NCBI GenBank assembly: GCA_964610875.1
Contig: CAZSWP010000022.1
Coordinates: forward strand, 1-60,982
Source: an uncultured archaeon
GTDB lineage: Archaea; Asgardarchaeota; Thorarchaeia; Thorarchaeales; Thorarchaeaceae
DNA: 60,982 nucleotides
Reading direction: 5' to 3'
Shown: piece by piece, positions 59,417 through 60,982 of the stretch
How the letters are laid out: every line of letters begins with the position of its first letter
How positions within the stretch are numbered: the first letter of the stretch is position 1
Program-made: the position numbers and the translations under genes
Notes under the pieces: generated by a model
Told to the model about the DNA's origin: nothing
Databases searched by the model: none
The model's input: the letters and a program-made list of their open reading frames with translations, nothing else

Positions 59417-60981
59417 TTTAGTTCGCCTTCGAATTCCTGTGTCCATTTACTCTCATCTCTACCTGATTTCATAATCTTGAAAGCAACACCAATAATTATT
59501 ACAAGTGATGTAATAGTGATGATTAGACTCAGCGTTGTCAGCATATCAAATGGTTGTGTGGTGGCAACATCAGTTGTATCTGTGGGTAATACCTCGCTTG
59601 TTACTTCTACAAATACCTCATCTCGATTCCAAAATCCATATGTATTATTGACGAACAGCGTGAAATTGTATGTACCTACTGATAGCCCTCCAACATTGAT
59701 TGATACATTATTGCCATCCCAGACTCCATTAGCTACAGCTTCTGAGTCACGATATATTACATAGTGTGATGGGCTCGGGTCTCTGGGAGCCCACATTAAT
59801 ATCACATCAGTTTCACCCTCAACATAAGAGATGTCTTCTGGATGATCTATAACTGGATCATAAACTCCTACAGCTATCATGCTTACATGTGTACTGCGAA
59901 CACCATTCGCATCAATTGCTTCTAAAGTATAATTATACAAGTCCGTATCGAGACCATCTAAATCCACAACTATCTCTTCAACAATATCTGACCATGTATA
60001 GCTAGTTGTGAGTATATCATCCACCCATAATCTAATTTCACCTGGATAAAGATCAGAAACATACCATGCGATTTGATGTCCTATCTCTCCGCGCTCAAAT
60101 GTTTGATCTCCTCCTCCAAAAATAAAGGGAGCTACTTCAGGAGCTGAAACTACACCAGCTTCAAAAGATGCATCAGATGCATCATAGTTGAACATACCTC
60201 TATCTTCAACTTCTACAATTATTCTATAGGAACTCAAATCCTGCAAAATATCGAATTCGAAATTATATGAATCAGCAATCAGATTCTTTGCTAGGAGCTC
60301 ATAGCTTTCACCGTTGTCAGAGGAGATGAATATTGAGTACGATGGGAAAAAGTCATTGGGATTTTTCGAACTTGCTGTCCATTGAATTGAATAGTCACTT
60401 GTAATTATTTCTCCGCCGTTTGGTGAAGTCAGCTGGATATCCGGAACGAAATAGTTGTTAATAGTAATGTCTGAAAGAGAGGCTGTAAAGTAGATATTTG
60501 TATCAGTATATGCTCTCAAAGATAGGTCTCTTGTGGTGTTCATTCCTAGTTCATAAGAGTCATACTCAATTACATTCGTCACTGTCGAACTTTCAACAGT
60601 GTTTGACACCAATGTATCAACAGTCAATGTGTATGTATGCCCTGGAGCATAGGCAAATGCCCACTCAAAGACTCTAATTGCAATATCCATATCATATTCT
60701 GGAATAAAACTGCCTGATTCAGTGTATCCGCTACCTCCATTATCAACACTCAGTAACGAAAAGGAACCAATCTCATCTAATCCTACTTGACCATCTGCGT
60801 TCGCATCATCCCATTCATAGACATCAAATGATGGGTCACCATCCTGGTCAGGCTGTAATGTAATAGTGACTTCTATTGCTTCTTTAATTCCTTTTACAGT
60901 TTCCCAAACGTAATTATCTGTGAGACTCAGTGCAATTGGCCAATTATCTATGCCTTGTGGATCTGCACTGGTACCAGTTAA
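59410..60981 (-). CDS. Large surface protein, C-terminal part (runs off window end): Ig-like repeats + membrane anchor
   Basis: Frame is open upstream of 60690 to the window end (LTGTSADPQGIDNWPIAL...); LTSPNGGE; repeats of the same type as 27416-29173; C-terminal TM. Confidence 0.85.
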   Translation of the reverse strand, partial: LTGTSADPQGIDNWPIALSLTDNYVWETVKGIKEAIEVTITLQPDQDGDPSFDVYEWDDANADGQVGLDEIGSFSLLSVDNGGSGYTESGSFIPEYDMDIAIRVFEWAFAYAPGHTYTLTVDTLVSNTVESSTVTNVIEYDSYELGMNTTRDLSLRAYTDTNIYFTASLSDITINNYFVPDIQLTSPNGGEIITSDYSIQWTASSKNPNDFFPSYSIFISSDNGESYELLAKNLIADSYNFEFDILQDLSSYRIIVEVEDRGMFNYDASDASFEAGVVSAPEVAPFIFGGGDQTFERGEIGHQIAWYVSDLYPGEIRLWVDDILTTSYTWSDIVEEIVVDLDGLDTDLYNYTLEAIDANGVRSTHVSMIAVGVYDPVIDHPEDISYVEGETDVILMWAPRDPSPSHYVIYRDSEAVANGVWDGNNVSINVGGLSVGTYNFTLFVNNTYGFWNRDEVFVEVTSEVLPTDTTDVATTQPFDMLTTLSLIITITSLVIIIGVAFKIMKSGRDESKWTQEFEGELNY

Positions 60982-60982
60982 T

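Noticed and set aside
419-59764. Numerous short ORFs antisense to or nested in long genes (e.g. 8678-9280, 25680-26252, 32375-32893, 37937-38452, 45200-45745, 58614-59021)
   Set aside because: Shadow ORFs of well-supported genes, with no motifs

Overview
Archaeal genomic window, very probably an Asgard archaeon of Thorarchaeia type. This is inferred from co-occurring eukaryotic-signature-like proteins (longin/uDENN, roadblock, Rab-like GTPase, gelsolin-like, PHD/RINGv-like), F420/H4MPT enzymes (Mtd, FrhB family), tungsten AOR enzymes and Thor-style Ig-like surface repeats. The metabolic backbone comprises a giant MacB/FtsX ABC system, lipid enzymes, two AORs, RibA and GTP-PEPCK. Two loci stand out. 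(1) 47.0-54.9 kb: two adjacent genes carry three copies of a module resembling the beta-COP/adaptin appendage (Ig sandwich + platform), each capped by a CxxCG-x18-CxxC zinc ribbon. One copy is the predicted cytoplasmic tail of a receptor-like membrane protein with an extracellular LVIVD propeller and Ca-binding repeats. A HEAT protein and a membrane protein with the same ribbon lie nearby. (2) 20.1-23.7 kb: an operon of two NPRL2-like longin + winged-helix paralogues, one with an inserted roadblock-like domain, followed by an overlapping MinD-type ATPase and a GNAT. Also present: a ~150-nt rod-like structured ncRNA candidate, several probable pseudoenzymes and two disrupted genes. No tRNA, rRNA, CRISPR array or transposase was seen. 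All homology calls are by-eye motif recognition, not database searches.
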